DNA from: Sphyrna mokarran
Lineage: Eukaryota
Length of the DNA stretch: 64,000 bases
Direction of reading: 5' to 3'
Assembly (NCBI GenBank): GCA_024679065.1
Contig: JAGIQG010000004.1
Location: 39,494,001 to 39,558,000 of the forward strand
The notes under the pieces were generated by a model. It had not been told where the DNA came from. It saw only the letters and a program-made list of their open reading frames with translations, and did not search any database. Positions 10,911-25,380 of the stretch are shown one piece after another (position 1 is the stretch's first letter; the number at the start of each line of letters is the position of its first letter). The position numbers were made by a program, and so were the translations under genes.

Positions 10911-13900
10911 AAGACCAAGTAGTTAGTTTGCTGCTTTTCTATGGCTAACACATTGATGAGAACGTAATGTTGCAGTAACATTTTTTTCTTCCAAAATACT
11001 CATTTGGAAGCAACTAACAAATCTAGGACCTTGGATGTTCATAAAGTGACACTGCAAAAAGTGGGGGCCAGGGCACAAGCCTAGTATTTTGCATTTTCAG
11101 TCACCTGCAGTGACTGATGTAGTTGCAGAATTAAAACAGCAGAGGGCAGTATTGCACCAGTAGTACACTGGAGCTGTAGAAGCCAAATACGAGGAAAGTA
11201 ATTCACACCATTTAACAACAGGAGAATGTAACCTATCATTTAAAAATAACCTTAGTGAAACTTACACATAGAGGTCTATTTACTGAAAACCTAATTTGTG
11301 CAATAAATCAAATGGTTAACTTGATTGACAGGAGTAGGTTTTTAATGAAAGGGATTTGGATGGAAATTTTGGCTCATTCTTAATAACAGATATGTTGGTT
11401 GGTTCATATGGAACTGGTAACATGCATAACAGATAACCTGGCTCCAAAAAGTCTCATAAATGGCTGTATTCCATTCAAACGGGGAATACAGATTTAATTG
11501 TTAGGATTTAAATCAATTCAAATAAAATAGGTCAATATATAAAATAATTGAAGAGAGAACTTGAGCAAAATATATAGCCACTGCGATCATTGTTCATGTC
11601 TGCCAATTAGCGTGTGTCAAAATATCTGTATCTTTATGTACTTAACTATGAATCATAATACATTTATAATTTATTTTAGTTTTGACAATTATTTAATTTC
11701 AAAATATTTTATCAACATCGTCTGAATGTGGTGGCAGGTAAATCATTCTGATTTTCTGACAGACACCATGGTGTCAAGAAATTCATTTGTAGAATTGGCA
11801 ATTTGGTTTGGAGCACCACAATACAATAGCTTGATGGGATAGAGCTCAATCTCCCACTGATTTTGGTTGTGCCATTATGGAGAAACACAGTTTTTTCACA
11901 AAAAAAGGAGAAAAGTCACAAAATCACAGGGAGAGAGAGAAGAGTAAGGGTATCTTTCCTAGGCTAATGTGACATACTTTCTTGCAAGCCAGTTCAAAAC
12001 CAGCATTGACGAAGACTTGGTCTGTAGCCTGTCTGTCATTTCAGCTACTGAAAGTGTTTTGGCCTTTGGGACCAGAACAGGGGAAGAATGTGAGTGGAAT
12101 TAGAGGGCACGTCCATATACCTTCAATAATAAAAACGTTCAATGTGTCAAAGTGAGCTAACGTTTTTTGACTTTAAGTTTGGAAAGTCAATGTTTAATGT
12201 AATCATAATAGTCTGCAGCAATCCTATACAACTGGATAGAAGTCTGACTTTGACATCCTAATTTCTATTTCTACGCATATGCTTTGTGATTTTTAAACTT
12301 CTGGGTTGCAAAGCTCCAAATAAACAGCATTGTGCTCAATATAATTTGCGCTGAAGCATTCCTTTAAAATAATTTAAATTGTATCATTAGTTGCTTTTTC
12401 ATCGCTGATTTTGTTTTATTGTCAGATATAAAAATATGTTTCTTTTACAAGTCTTCAAATAATTCACCATAATTTGCAAATGCGGAGCTTATTTGCAGGT
12501 CCTTGCTTGATGTTTGTAAGACTGGTCATTCATATTCCAATAAACAATTGTTTGAAGCATTCCAGCTTTCTCTCTTTCTCTGCAAAGTGTATATTTCTCC
12601 TACAAAATTAGATGTCACTAATATATGAATGATGCAAGAGAAAACCATTTTGTGATTATTGTGGCCTTTTTAAAAGGAAAATTCCTTTGGAACTTAAGTG
12701 CAATGATTTATTATCAGAATTGTTTAGTGATAGTATGCAGTCATGTTCATGTGAATAGTATCCTGATAGTGAGATTCCATATCATGACACTTACTATGCT
12801 TGCTGAAAAATCTTACTGCATCATACAAAATTAAAGGTCTAAATATATGTCATCTTTGCTTTCTGCAAACTCAAAGCTATGAAAAATTATCATTAACTTT
12901 TTTATTTCAGTAATCATTTTAAAAGGAAATTTATTTTGGCAGTTTAGTTTCTGAAGATGATGTAACTGATTGGAAGACTCCCTGTCACTGACAGTATTGC
13001 GGGAGTTTAATTGGAATGATACAAAGGGTTAATTAGTTTCCCTGCAGTTTATTAATTCAGCTCCTCATAATGCCAGTCTGAATACCTCCTCCACACCAAA
13101 CCTTCTGCTGAGGTCAAAAGAATCACTGAGAAAAACATTATTTTTAAAGGAACGAGAGCAAGAGAGAAAAGCCTTTGAGAGGCAAACATAATCCTCTGTA
13201 ACTGTTTAGTTTTAAAGTATATCACTGGTGAAACTCACTCTTTAAAGAATGTTTGTGTCTATATGATGCTATTGGCTGCAGTGTTCTCACACTGACTACC
13301 ATGCTTGCTAGTTTGCCTTATAGTGCTGTGAGAATTGTGGATGTGCCCTCAAACAACCATTGAAATGACACAGGGGCTTTCAGTGGCGTGTTTGTGCAAA
13401 GGTACAGTGCCCGTGCAGAGCTCTATATTGGGTCTGGTGCTCTCACAAGCATTTGGTGCTTTCAAACACATTCATTAGAAGGAGCCATTATGCTAATCCA
13501 GCGAGCTGCTGTATGATAACCACATGCTGCTTTACATGCTTTTCTGCTTTCTGTGCTACAGGAAAGGTTTAAAAGTTCACCATCTCTTTTGTTGACCTAC
13601 ATTTGCTGAATTTTTAAAACCATCATCAATCAAATTTACACACTCCTGTTTCACATGTCTCAGCCTCCTTACAATTTTTGTGTTGTATTGTGGGTTACTT
13701 CAGTAAAGTCAGTTTTGCAAAGTAAAGCCCTCTTATTATCATACCCACCAGTACAATGATGGCAGCTGGTCTTTGCCAGCCAGCACGTTCAATATTAAGC
13801 AGCTGTAGCTGAACAGGTTTATGTATATTTAAAAATGAAAAGAAAATAAATTGCTAATCGAAGAAATTTTAAGGAAAATGGCTTTAAAAGTATTGGGAAT

Positions 13901-15130
13901 TGAGCTATTAAGGAGAAATAGTGCTGCTGCTATAATTTGATTTGACTTAATACGATATGTTGACGTGTATGCGTTTATGTTAAACTTATTAATTGTGGAT
14001 AATTGGACAATTTTTAATCTCAAAATATATGCTTCATGAAACAGATTGTATTACAGTTTGAAAAACAATGAGTGCTGCTGAAGTGAATAGGAAGTATTTT
14101 CAAATTCTGCAATAGTAAAGAGATATTCAAAGATTGGAATAAAAGCAAGTTTCACTGTGACTAATCAAGTGCCATCTTTCTTATGTATGAAAACTTGCTT
14201 TCTTGCATTGTGCAATTTAAAAATAAAATCAAGGTACTTCAGGAATGAGAAGCAATTTCCTGTGGAATGCTGGGAAAGAGTTGGCTGTGTACCTCAGTCT
14301 CATAAGTTCTACATGGTACATCCAATTTACCTTTTGTATTCTGACTTTTTTTGATATTTTTCTGAACCCAATCCTTTTTTCTATCAGGACCAGTGTTTGA
14401 TGAAGCACAGTGCCCAATATCAAGAAGAATTTCAACTGCTGAAATTCATAGATGAACTATGAAATAAAACATGTCTGACCTTGGTAATGATACAAAAATG
14501 TAACAGTAGTCTTTCTGTGTTAATAACATTTTGAGTTTTATTGGCCGATTTCAACTACTTTTCAGAATATCATAATATCATCTTAAATAAAGTACTAGTA
14601 AATTAGGTTATCAATACCTCCTCTTCCATAAAGTTCATTGATTTTTTTTTCAGAAATGGTTTCTTGGGATTGCCTCATACATTTTGTACAATTTGAAGGC
14701 AAATATGTCAAATAATTTTACTGTGTATGTTGGCTGCAATTTTTGACTAGCTTTTTAATAACACTATGTTACATCATTTTAAAAGAAGATTTAGGATAGA
14801 GATTTAAATTGGGAAGGACAGTTTAAAGATTCTAATTTCTAGATTCTAAGATTAAATATTCTAACTGCTAACCCAGAAAATATGCAAAATTGAGAATTTG
14901 TTGTTTTCTGGGCTAGGAGTCTTTTTTCCATACATTATTAAGTCTGAATAAGACACAGAATTTTGGGACTCATTATAAAGGAAATCTCTAAAGGAATAAA
15001 AAGTAAAACTTCAATTATGTTAATTTTTAAATCGCATTTTTAGACTTGTATAAAAAGGTATAATTTAAAATATACAATTGACTTTGTATTGACAAAAGCT
15101 TTGGGACAGATTTCATTGTTATCAGTATGA

Positions 15131-15192
15131 TGTGTGTATGTGTACACACACACACATTTTATATATATAATAAATATATATATATATATAGA
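15131..15192. repeat. Compound (TG)/(CA)/(TA) microsatellite
   Basis: tgtgtgtatgtgtacacacacacacattttatatatataataaatatatatatatatataga. Confidence 0.85.
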
Positions 15193-17739
15193 TATTCAAA
15201 ACAACTTAACTCAAAATACGCATAATGGTTGTAGGGAAAAAATTCTGTGTTTTGCAGATAGGTTTCAACTATTTGGGAGAAAATTATTATTAAATTTCTA
15301 ATTTCAAGGTGCCATGGTTCTTGAAAGCACAAGTCAAGAGTAGATCTTTTATACTTACCATATTCTAATGGCACTATTTATTCCTGGCATTTTATCTCCC
15401 TGTGGACAGTTTCCCCCCACAGTTTTCACTGTTGTGATGTAAATGTTGAACCTTCCATTAAAATGACATCCAGATAAAGCATCAAGCATTTTTGCAAAAT
15501 ATTACCCTATGAAATGATGAGCTATTAGATGAATGATGCATTTATTGAAAGATGAAGGTTAAGTAAATGTTTGTGTTTCATAAAAGGTACCTGAGATTGA
15601 AGCATTATCAGGTGTGAGATTAAGATAACCGTCAACACCATTCAAAGATACAGTTACCTTTCAAAAGAACCCATACAAGCTTTGCTTTCTGAGTAAAAGA
15701 GGGAACATAAAAAGCCAGAATCTCTTGTGAGATGATTGAGACTTGCAGTGGCTGTTCCGAGATGCGTAGGATAGTAGCCCGTCTCCTAGGGTCTGAAATC
15801 ATGCAAACCTGAAGGCAGCAAAAATTCATATCAGCTGCAAAATGGTAAAATCTGCAGAGGTAGCCTAAAAACAACTTCTGTGTTTGTAAGAAGAAGGCTC
15901 ATAATGAAATCCAAGTTAAATATGTTGCATGTAATTAACAGAAACTACTTTAGCATAAGACAATTAATTGTAACATATTTAAATATTTAGTGTTGAACTG
16001 GTGCCCATTCCCGGCAGTTTGTCCAGGACTTTACCTGTTCATAAAATAATAGAAAGGTTTTGATTTCCTTCTCCATTTATTAATGTGTAAGTACATTTAG
16101 TTTAATTTATATTTTGTGAAGTATCTTGACTGAAAAGCATTACTTCCTGCTAGCTGCTGGCAATGTCTCCTTTGCACTCAGATAAATGTAACATTCGCTC
16201 CATCACAGAATGAAAGGCAAGCAAAAAACATCATGTGAACAACAACATGAACAGTTAAATTAATAGAACCTCTGTGGACGTTCCTACGTTTAGTTAGGAA
16301 ATTTGCAATTTATGAAAACACTTGTGGGAGTGCAACATATATAAACAGGAAAGGCGTGAAAACATCAGCATTTCAAACACATTTGCTTTAAGAGAAATAT
16401 AAAAGTGAATGCTTGCTTCCTTAAGAGGTTGTAATCTGTAGCTGTGGACCTCCAGACGGGTGTGTTGAGTACTATCCAACTGAGAATACATTGATGACAA
16501 TATCTGCAAAGGCATCAGAGCAAACCATTGCATACAGCCGACTTCTATTGTTAATTCTCCAGTTAATAGCCACATTCTGAGGTCACGAAGAATATGGAGT
16601 CATCAGAACTATTATGATCATCCATTATGACTCAGAAAATTATATGCTAAATGAGGTTGACCCATCATTACGAACAAAATCATTTAAAATGTGTGCATCA
16701 CCATTGAGTTTGTTATGGAGCATACTAAAACTGATTAAAATGGCTCAGCCCGCATATATCTGATAGCTTTTGATGGTTGAGGGTGTATTAATATCCAGCT
16801 TAGCTGCTGTTGGCACTTTGGACAGGTCCCAGGGAAGAATATGAGATTGACCAGGTTTTCCCACTGTGCCAGAAATCTTTTGCAGACACAAAGCAGTACT
16901 CTTGTACTAGCGGAAGAACAGATAAGAGTTTTCTTGTTGCCATTTAAGTTTTAGCACTAATGCTTTTCTCTGTAAGCCCTTCCCTGGGATGTTGAAAGGG
17001 AACTGCTCTTTGAGTTTTGGGGATTTTCAAAATGTGGAATCATTAATTTAAACTAAAGAAATAACTTACACTCCATCTAAATAGGAACAAAATGGTTTTA
17101 TTTATCTGTATTAAATTAAACAGATTTGTGTGGGCTTTTCAAAAGCACAGATCTTTTCTAATGGTGTAATCACTGAATTTAAACCACAACAAAGAGTAAC
17201 AATGAGATCAGAATCATAGCCAATTTTCAAGACAATTTTTCTCTTTTGATAGTAGGGATACAGTGTGCCCTGTGCTTCTCTGATGATAAGCCTAGATTTT
17301 AAAAAAAGCTGCTAGAGATGTGGATAAGCAGAGCAAAAGCTTGAAACAGGAAATGTCAAGCATTGAAGACATTGTTGTAGATGACTACCTCGGAGGTTGA
17401 TCCTTATCATGTTGCAAGAATGGATGTGAAGGAAAGACGTTTTAGATGGAGAGCTGGTCAATGAAATATTGCTCCAGGTGAGGCACCTTGGCTTTTCTAG
17501 ATGACCTATTGTTCCACAAACATATTCTGCCTAATGCATCTTCTTTCAGACTTTGCATCTACATTAACCTTTCTGGAAGCAGATATGTTCCGTTAGCAAA
17601 AAAGGAAATGACTGTGGCAAAACATAACACTATTACCAATGAATAATATGGGTTTAACTATCACATAAAATAAATTAATTTCATCCATTGACATAATAGA
17701 GATTTTCAACTGGCTGCTCAGCTGTACATCTGATATTGT

Positions 17740-19240
17740 GGATTGATCATAAAGCAAGTGATGTGGATTGGCTTTAATATCCACCGGTGTAAATCGACTG
17801 CCAGGGTAGAAATCCAGCACTGTGGATTGACCATAAACTGGTGCTGGAGAGATTGGTTTTAAATCTGGTGCTGTGGATTGACCCCTCATTTGTAATATGA
17901 ATGCTGTGGATTAACTGTCTTTGTAAAATGAGTGCTGTGGATCCACAGTCCCTGTATAAAACTGACCCTATGGATCGAGTGCCCGTGTACAAAATCGGCA
18001 CTCTGGATCAATTATTTGGGTGTGAAACTGATGCTGTGGATTGACTGTACAAGTGTGAATTAGGCACAATGCATTGACAATCGAGGTGTAAGACAGGTGT
18101 TGTGGATTGATGGTCCGAGTGTAAACCAGGCGCTGTGGATCCGTAGTCCGGGTATAAAACAGGTGCTGTGGATTGACCACTTTGTGTAAAACCAGTGCTC
18201 TGGATCAATTCACTTGGTGTAAAGTAGATATTATGGATGACTGAACGGGTGTGAAATGGTGCTGTGAAGCAACTGGGTGTGAAAATGCTGATGTGAATCG
18301 ATAGTGAAAATGGCACTGTGTATTGACGGTAAAAATTGGTTCTGTGGGTCGATTGCTCGTATATGTAAAACAGGTGCTGGGCATCAATTGTCTGGGTGTA
18401 AACTGGGTGCTGTGGAATAAGTGGTTATAAAAGCACTGCTGTGGTCAGACTGTCCAGCTGGAAAACCAGCACCATAGATAGACCTTCTGGGCGTAAAACA
18501 GATGCTGTGGATTGACTGGGTGTAAAACCAGCACTGTAGAATACATGTCAGGTACAAAATTGGCACCATGGCTTGTCTCTCCAGGTGGAAAGCCAGTGCT
18601 GTGATTCAGTTGTTCGGATGAAAAAAGTGGAATTGCAGATCAATTGTCCATGTATAAAACAAGTGCTGTGGTTCAACTGTCCACATGTAAAAGTGTTGCT
18701 TTGGTTTGATTATCTGGGTGATAAATGATTTGGATTGACTGTTTGGTTGTTCAACTGGCGCTGTAGAACAACTGTCGAGTATAAAATCGGAACTGTGGAT
18801 CAACTGTCGTGTGTAAAACTGGTAATGTGATCTGATAGTTTGGGTTTGAAACCAGGACTGAGATCGACTACTTGGATGTAAAGTGGACAGTGTTGATTGG
18901 GTATAAAATGGGTACTGGTTAGTGACAGTCCAGATGTAAAACTAGCTCTGTGCATCAACTGTCTGGGTGTAAAACAGTTACTAAATGGATCAACAGGCTG
19001 GATGAAAAATTGATGCTGCAGATCGATTGTCCAAGTGAAAAACCTGCACTGAGGATCAACACTGAAAATGACACTATCGATTAACTGTAAAAACAACAGT
19101 ATAGATGAGATCTACGCTGTGGATCAATTGTAAAACCAGTGCCATGAATCAACTGTAAAATAGACACTGTGGATCCACTGCCTGTATCTAAAACTGACGC
19201 AATCAATTGACAGTAAAACCTGAACTGTGGGGTCAGTTGC
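17740..19240. repeat. Degenerate 33-bp minisatellite, roughly 45 units; consensus about GTGTAAAACCGGTGCTGTGGATCGACTGTCCGG
   Basis: GCTGTGGAT-like core at 17870, 17903, 17934, 17967, 18000, 18033, 18066, 18099, 18132, 18165 and onward. Confidence 0.92.
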
Positions 19241-20689
19241 CTATTCTAGGAAAACCCTGATTTTCAAACAATGGAGCAATGAAAATTCTCTGTTTTCTTT
19301 AATGGTTGGCCAACCCACAACATCAGTTTAATGCCTGGGCGGGAAGTTGAAAATCTGCTGTCCATATGCTTGTAACATATGCCACGATTTCTTTCCTGTT
19401 TCTGTTCTTTTATGACATTTTGAGAACTGGTTGAGAAAAGCTGCGGAATCTGACTGTGAAGGACGGAATTAACATATTCGGTTAAAATGACAAGATTGCT
19501 GAAGCTCCTTGAATTATTCACTATCCACTGATACCAATTTATCTCTCTTTGACAGCTGGTCTTTGTAGCACTTGTGAGACAGTTATTCTGATTGTGCTAT
19601 CAACACGGACAGTATAAACAAAAATATTTTAAAGAATTAAAAAGGGCACGGCACAAAATGCAATGGATGTTAACAGATCAGAATCCTATGTAAAAGCTCA
19701 CTTTTTAAAGATTGCACACATCCTTTCTAGAATACTGGACATCTTGTGCATGGCAGAGTTGATTATTAATTCTAGTAGTTGTTGGATTGATATTACTCAC
19801 ACATTTAATAAATTAATATAATTTATTAATTGATTAAGTTTTCCCATTCATTCTTATCTACAAAAGGATTCAGAAACTAGTTTCATTGTGAATGATGAAG
19901 CTATGGGTAGCTTTTAATTGCAGGGTAAAAATTGTACTCAACTTCTTATTCTTCTGGATAACAAGCTGTTTTCCTGTCAACTAATCTGGGCTGATATCAG
20001 GTTGAAGTTGACTATCTGAAATATATCTTCTCCATTCTGAATGATGTGCCCTTGAATTCAGGTGTTGATTTCATCGGCCATCACAGTTTCAAGTGGAGAT
20101 GTGGTTTGGATTTATTTGCGTACGAAGAGTCCAAGTTGTACTTCGTTCTACTTCTGTGCCTGTTGAAGAGCTATATGTACTTTTTAAACTATAAACCCTA
20201 GAAAGACCAAATGCAAATCTGACAGTAGTTCCCAGGTATTAATGCGCAAGGATTCAGATTGGCTAACAGCTGTATTTTGGGAGAAATATAGCTATCTGAA
20301 GTAGTCCATCATCCTGAAAATTGCCTGTACGTATTCTTATATACCCAATGTATAGAAAATGAACTTCCAACAGTGCAATAACTCCTCTGTACTGCATCAT
20401 GGTAGACTCCTTCTTGCTTAGGTCTGTTTAATTTATAAATGATTTCATTTTACAATATGGGTGCTTTCCTTACAGAATACAGGATCAGCATGCAATCATT
20501 CCGAATTCCACAGACATCTCAACATGATATGGCTGAAAGAAAGATAGGAAATGTGATGTCATATCTAGATGGCAAGTTCCAGTACTTCAAGATTGTCACT
20601 GAAACATCAGTTTTGAAAAAAAAATTGACAAGATGCTGCATAGAAGATCAATAAAACTAGGGCTAGAGTAATGGTGCAAAACTCTCAGC

Positions 20690-22480
20690 ATTTGCCTATT
20701 TAAAATAGATGCATCTTTACTGATTTATTTGTAGTGATGTAAGCAGAGGGACTTACGGGTTTTGGGAGCACTTGCACCTTGGATCTTTATCAAACAACAT
20801 TTTCTAAATTAATCTGCATTGGGTTTGACTTTAACCCATGAGTGATTTCTTTTTGTTGATGTAGGGCTTGAATTCTGTATTTTTATGATGTCATATAATC
20901 CAGCAATACCATCCCTATAATGCAGAAGAGGCTTTTCAGCCCATCAAGGCTGAACCAACTCCCTGACAGTATTTTGATGTACTTGGCAAAGTTCATTGTA
21001 ACAATCCAGGATTCAAGCCCTACATGACAGGAAGATTTGAGTTGATGGATCAGAGTGGAGGTTTATTATGGGGAATCTAAGTGATCATTCCTTCATTCCT
21101 GCATGCAAGAATGCTTAAACAGCTACACAAGGGACATCCAGATGTGGTGGGAATTAAGAAACTGGTAGGTAGCCAGGATTGAAACCCAAATCCAAGAGAA
21201 AATAGGACACTGTCAGTCCTATGCAAGACCAAGAAACAGTCTCCAATCCTTACATCCTTGGGAATGGCTGAAAGAGCTATGGCAGCTAGTACATGTAGAT
21301 TGCACTGGCGCAATAGAGGGACACGTGTTCCTAGTAATTGTTGATGTACATTCTAAATTGCCAGAAATAATAATTATGATAGCCAAGACAGCTGTTGAGG
21401 AGCTGAATGAAATATATGCTGAATTTGGCTGACCAGAGCAAATCATAAATGGCAATGGACATAGTTCACTTCCAAGGCATTCAAAGACTATTTGAAAGGA
21501 AATGATATACAGCACATCAAGTCGGTTCCTTATCATCCATCTACAAAGGGATTAGCCAAACAATTCATACAGTCACTCAATCAAGGCATTGAAGGACCTA
21601 GGTACATTGTCAGGATAAGTTAATGTCATGCAGGAATATTGCACACACAACGACAGAGTTAACCAACAATATTGCTTTTAAAAAGCAAGCTAAGAATAAA
21701 GTTTTAATGCTTTGATATCACCTGATATTTCAGAGATTGTCAAATAACAACAAAAAGCAAAGATTGCTGGGAGGGAACAGAGTACTAAAAAGGAAAATAT
21801 TACTCGAGGAGAATGAGTGCTGGCAAGAAACTACGCTACCAATGAAAAATGGGTAGCTGTCATTACCGAGGCAAAAACAATTCCAATATCTTGCACCCTA
21901 CAGACACATGATGTGAGGAATTGGTGATGTCCCAATAGTCTTATGAAGAATTTGCATTGGAAATTATATGCAGTGATGCCTCTGAACAGAGACTAACCAC
22001 AGGACAAATCCAGATTCTGTTTCTAAAGAATCTTCAACATCAATTGAAACTGACAATAAAATAGTTTAACATGAAGAATTACCAATCAAAGGAAAAGGAG
22101 ATACTTCAAAGTTCTCAAGTAGGCAAATTCCAGAATGTAGAGTACAACCCAAAAAACATTGATGTCTGCCTGAGAGACAGTCTTATTGTATATATGAAAA
22201 ATAATGATGGAAAATAATATATCTAGGGTTTAATTGGGTTTGTTGCTTAAATGTTAAGAAAAGTTGTCATTTGGAACTAAAGTGGTAAAGAGGGAGGGAT
22301 GTTAGGTATTTAAAGTAGTTGCATCTCTGTTGGTAGAACACTGTGTGATCTGTAGGGATGTAGGTAGAGGCGTTTGAGGACTTCTGGGGCACTTGCATCT
22401 TGGATCTTGGATGAGTAACATCTAAACACAACAGCATTGTGTTTGACTTCAAACCATGAGTGTGATGCCTCATTACCTTT
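20690..22480 (+). mobile_element. Internally deleted Gypsy element: two LTRs enclosing only a decayed integrase
   Basis: LTR similarity between ~20690-20850 and 22300-22480 (gatgta.g.agagg..gcacttgca.cttggatctt..gtttgactt.aa.ccatgagtg). Purine tract AAGAGGGAGGGA precedes TGT at 22300. Integrase motifs: LLWG..IIP..MLKQLHKGHP, LHPWEW..W..VHVD..FLVIVDVHSK, PYHPSTKGLA. Confidence 0.88.
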
Positions 22481-22869
22481 TTTGGAAATTCCCAGTCAAT
22501 ACTTAACAGCTTTCTGTCTGAAATCGAGGATGCCCTTGGGAGCTTTCACATGCAGTTAAATGTGGAAATGTAGAAATTGCTGCCACGATTCTATGTTTTT
22601 GAATAGGATGGATTGTTGAAGTTCCTGTAGATGACAATTGATTAGAAATCATTGAGTTGCCAAGAACCTCCATTGTTACACTATCTGTCATATAAATGAC
22701 CTTATAAGAGTTATTCCTTGTTGGGTGAGGTATATAGGCTGTATTATGTTCATATTTACTATTGAACACCTTCTGTTGTCCTGAAAACTAATTTTATATT
22801 TGTGGAATGTCAGATTTCTCCATTATGATAAAAGTTTCCACATTATCTCGATCTTAGTCTGCAAGGGAC

Positions 22870-24120
22870 AATTTCAAACTTTGTGGATGATACAAAACTT
22901 GGAAGGATTGTAAACTGTAGAGGATACTGTAGAACTTCAAAAGAACATAGACAAATTGGTAAAGTGGACAGATAGGTGGAAGATGAAGTTCAGTATAAAG
23001 AATTGTGAGGTGATGATGCGTTTTATCAGGAAGGATATAGGCAGACAATAGAAAATAGGGGTGAAATTCTTAAAGGGGTGTAGGAAGCAGAGGGACATGG
23101 GTGTAAATGTGCACAGATCATTGATGGTGGTAGACTGGTGGAGAGAGTAGTTAATGAAGCATATTGTATTCTGGGATTTATTAACAGGAGCCTAGAGAAT
23201 AAGACAGACCATGGGGTAGCATAGTGGTTAGCACTGCTGCCTCACACCTGCAGGAACTTGGGTTCGATTCCTGGCTTGGGTCAATGTCTGTGTGGAGTTT
23301 GCACGTTCTCCCTGTGTCTGCATGTGTTTGCTTCAGGTATTGCAGATCCTCCCACAGTCTAAAGATGTGTGGATTAGGTGCATTAGCTACACTAAATTGT
23401 CCTTTAGTGTCCTAGGGTGTGTATGTTAAAGGGGATTAGCAGGGTAAATATGTGGGGCTGTGGGAATAGGGCCTCGGGTGAAATTAGTGTTGTGCAGATT
23501 CAATGGGCTGAATGACCACCTCCTGTACTGTAGGGTTCCTATGAATCTATGAAGAGCACGGAGGTGATGTTGAACCTGTACAAGATATTAGTTATAAATC
23601 AGCTGGAAATTTATGTACAATTCTGGGCACCACATTATAGGAAAGATGTGAATGCAATGTAGACAGTGCAGAAGAAGCTTATAAGAAAGGTTCCTGGGAT
23701 GAGAAACTTTATGAGGAAGATTGGAGAGATTAGAACTGTTCTCACTGGAGAGGAGAAGCTAAGAGGTGATTTGATAGAAATGTTCAAAATCAAAAGGGAG
23801 CTGGACATTAGTAGATAGGGAGAACCTGTTTCCCCTTGTAAAAGGATCAAGAATAAGAGGGCACTGATTTAAGGTGATATGCAAAGGAAGCAAATGTGAT
23901 GAGAGGAAAGAATTTTTCACACACCGAATGGTTCAAGTCTGGAATGCACTGAAAGTGTGGTGGAGGCAGATTCAGTTGAGGCATTGAAGAGAGCATTAGA
24001 TAATTATTTAAATATAAACAATGTATAAGGAGTATGGGGAAAAGTCAAAGCCATAATGCTGATAGGGAGAACCAGCACAGATAGTATGGGCCAAATGCCC
24101 TCCTCTTGTGCCATAACAAT
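22870..24120 (+). mobile_element. CR1 LINE 3' fragment interrupted by an HE1 SINE
   Basis: Starts FVDDTKLGRIVN; later VQFWAPHYRKDV, RGDLIEMFKI and WNAL; tail atgggccaaatgccctcctcttgtg. Confidence 0.88.
23213..23552 (+). mobile_element. HE1 V-SINE with CR1(HER1)-derived tail
   Basis: tagtggttagcactgctgcctcac..gggttcgattcc head, V-domain, and tail atgggctgaatgaccacctcctgtactgtaggg..ctatgaatctatg. Confidence 0.92.
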
Positions 24121-25234
24121 TCTGAATTTGTTTTATAATTTGTTATATTTCAGGCTCTATCTTAATGCTATGAATGTCTCCCTATCTTTATTTAACTTTC
24201 TGCATGATTTCTTGCAGCTTTACGAATCTAAAGCCAAGTTGGACAGCCAAATTACAGTATTGTTTTGATGTGGATTGCCCTGAATCCTGCAGCAAATATT
24301 TGTGGATCATATTCATTCACTTACAATGTGGTGAATGGTCTGAGCCATGGGATGTGGCAGTATGGTTAGGAGACAGTTAAAGGCCAAAAAACTGAGGTAG
24401 TGTTCATGGATGATGTAATGATTGGAGTAATACAAACAGTGTTGTTTCTCCAGGATTAATATTGAGATCATTGCTCTTTTGAAAGCGAAAGATATTGATG
24501 GCAATGGAACAAGAAGCTGAGCTATGTTTAGAAAGGGCTGTAAATGCAACATTAATAATGGCATGTCACCGAGATGCTTTCAGATACCCGAAACACTCAA
24601 GCTAGGTCAAAACAAAAAACAATGGTGAGGAGTTCTCCCATCTAGGACCAAATCCCGAGGCAGGGCAAGAAAAAGTTTTTCTTGTTAGAGAAATTTGTGG
24701 GAATCTACATCATATCTTCCACCCAACCTCATTTTCATTAATTATGCACCCAGGTGGTTACTGCCATATTTCATGATGGTGCAAGCCCTGCCACCATATC
24801 AGGGTGCCATATTTAAAAGGCACCCAATATCACTGACATACCATTGAAGAGTAAGATAGAACACCTGAATGTTGGAAGATGGACTTCTTTAAAAATGCTG
24901 AATCTGGAAGATCCATTTGTACGTGCTCCCCCTACCCACTGCCATAGTGTTTTGACATCTAGAATTGCTGCCAACCTCTATCCCAAACTTTGGAGGCAGC
25001 CCCAGGCATTATCCAGATGAGTTCCAATTTCTGCACATCACGCTATTCTAGATGTGTTCTGGACTGGTATGTTTTTCTGCTGGCATCCAAAGAATCAGTC
25101 AAATGTGGAAGATTCCAGTCAGGCCTTCATCTGCATCCCGTTAGTGAATGTATAACATTTTTATGCTGACCCACATCCCCCCATTCCACCCCATGGGATT
25201 CTTGCTGTGCCATGATAGGTGCCAGCAGAAAAAT

Positions 25235-25380
25235 TTGATTTGATTGATTTATTATTGTCACATGTCTTAGTAAATAGTGAAAAGTATTGTTTTTTGCTAT
25301 ATAGACAAAGCATACCATTCATAGAGAAGGAAATGGGAGAGTGTAGTCATAGCTAGATTGTAAAGAAAGATCAGCATAGT
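25235..25380 (-). mobile_element. LINE 3' end (Rex1/Babar-like) with short tandem tail
   Basis: (gattt)n followed by attattgtcacatgt..agtgaaaagtattgtt; family name is from recall only. Confidence 0.5.

Noticed and set aside
17740-19240. CRISPR array or 11-aa repeat protein
   Set aside because: All positions derive from one 33-bp unit, with no unique spacers and no cas genes, in a vertebrate intron. The ORFs shift frame repeatedly.
23213-23290. tRNA gene
   Set aside because: The A and B boxes belong to a SINE head that continues into V-domain and LINE tail; no full cloverleaf. The same applies at 9663, 43270-43348 and 57700.
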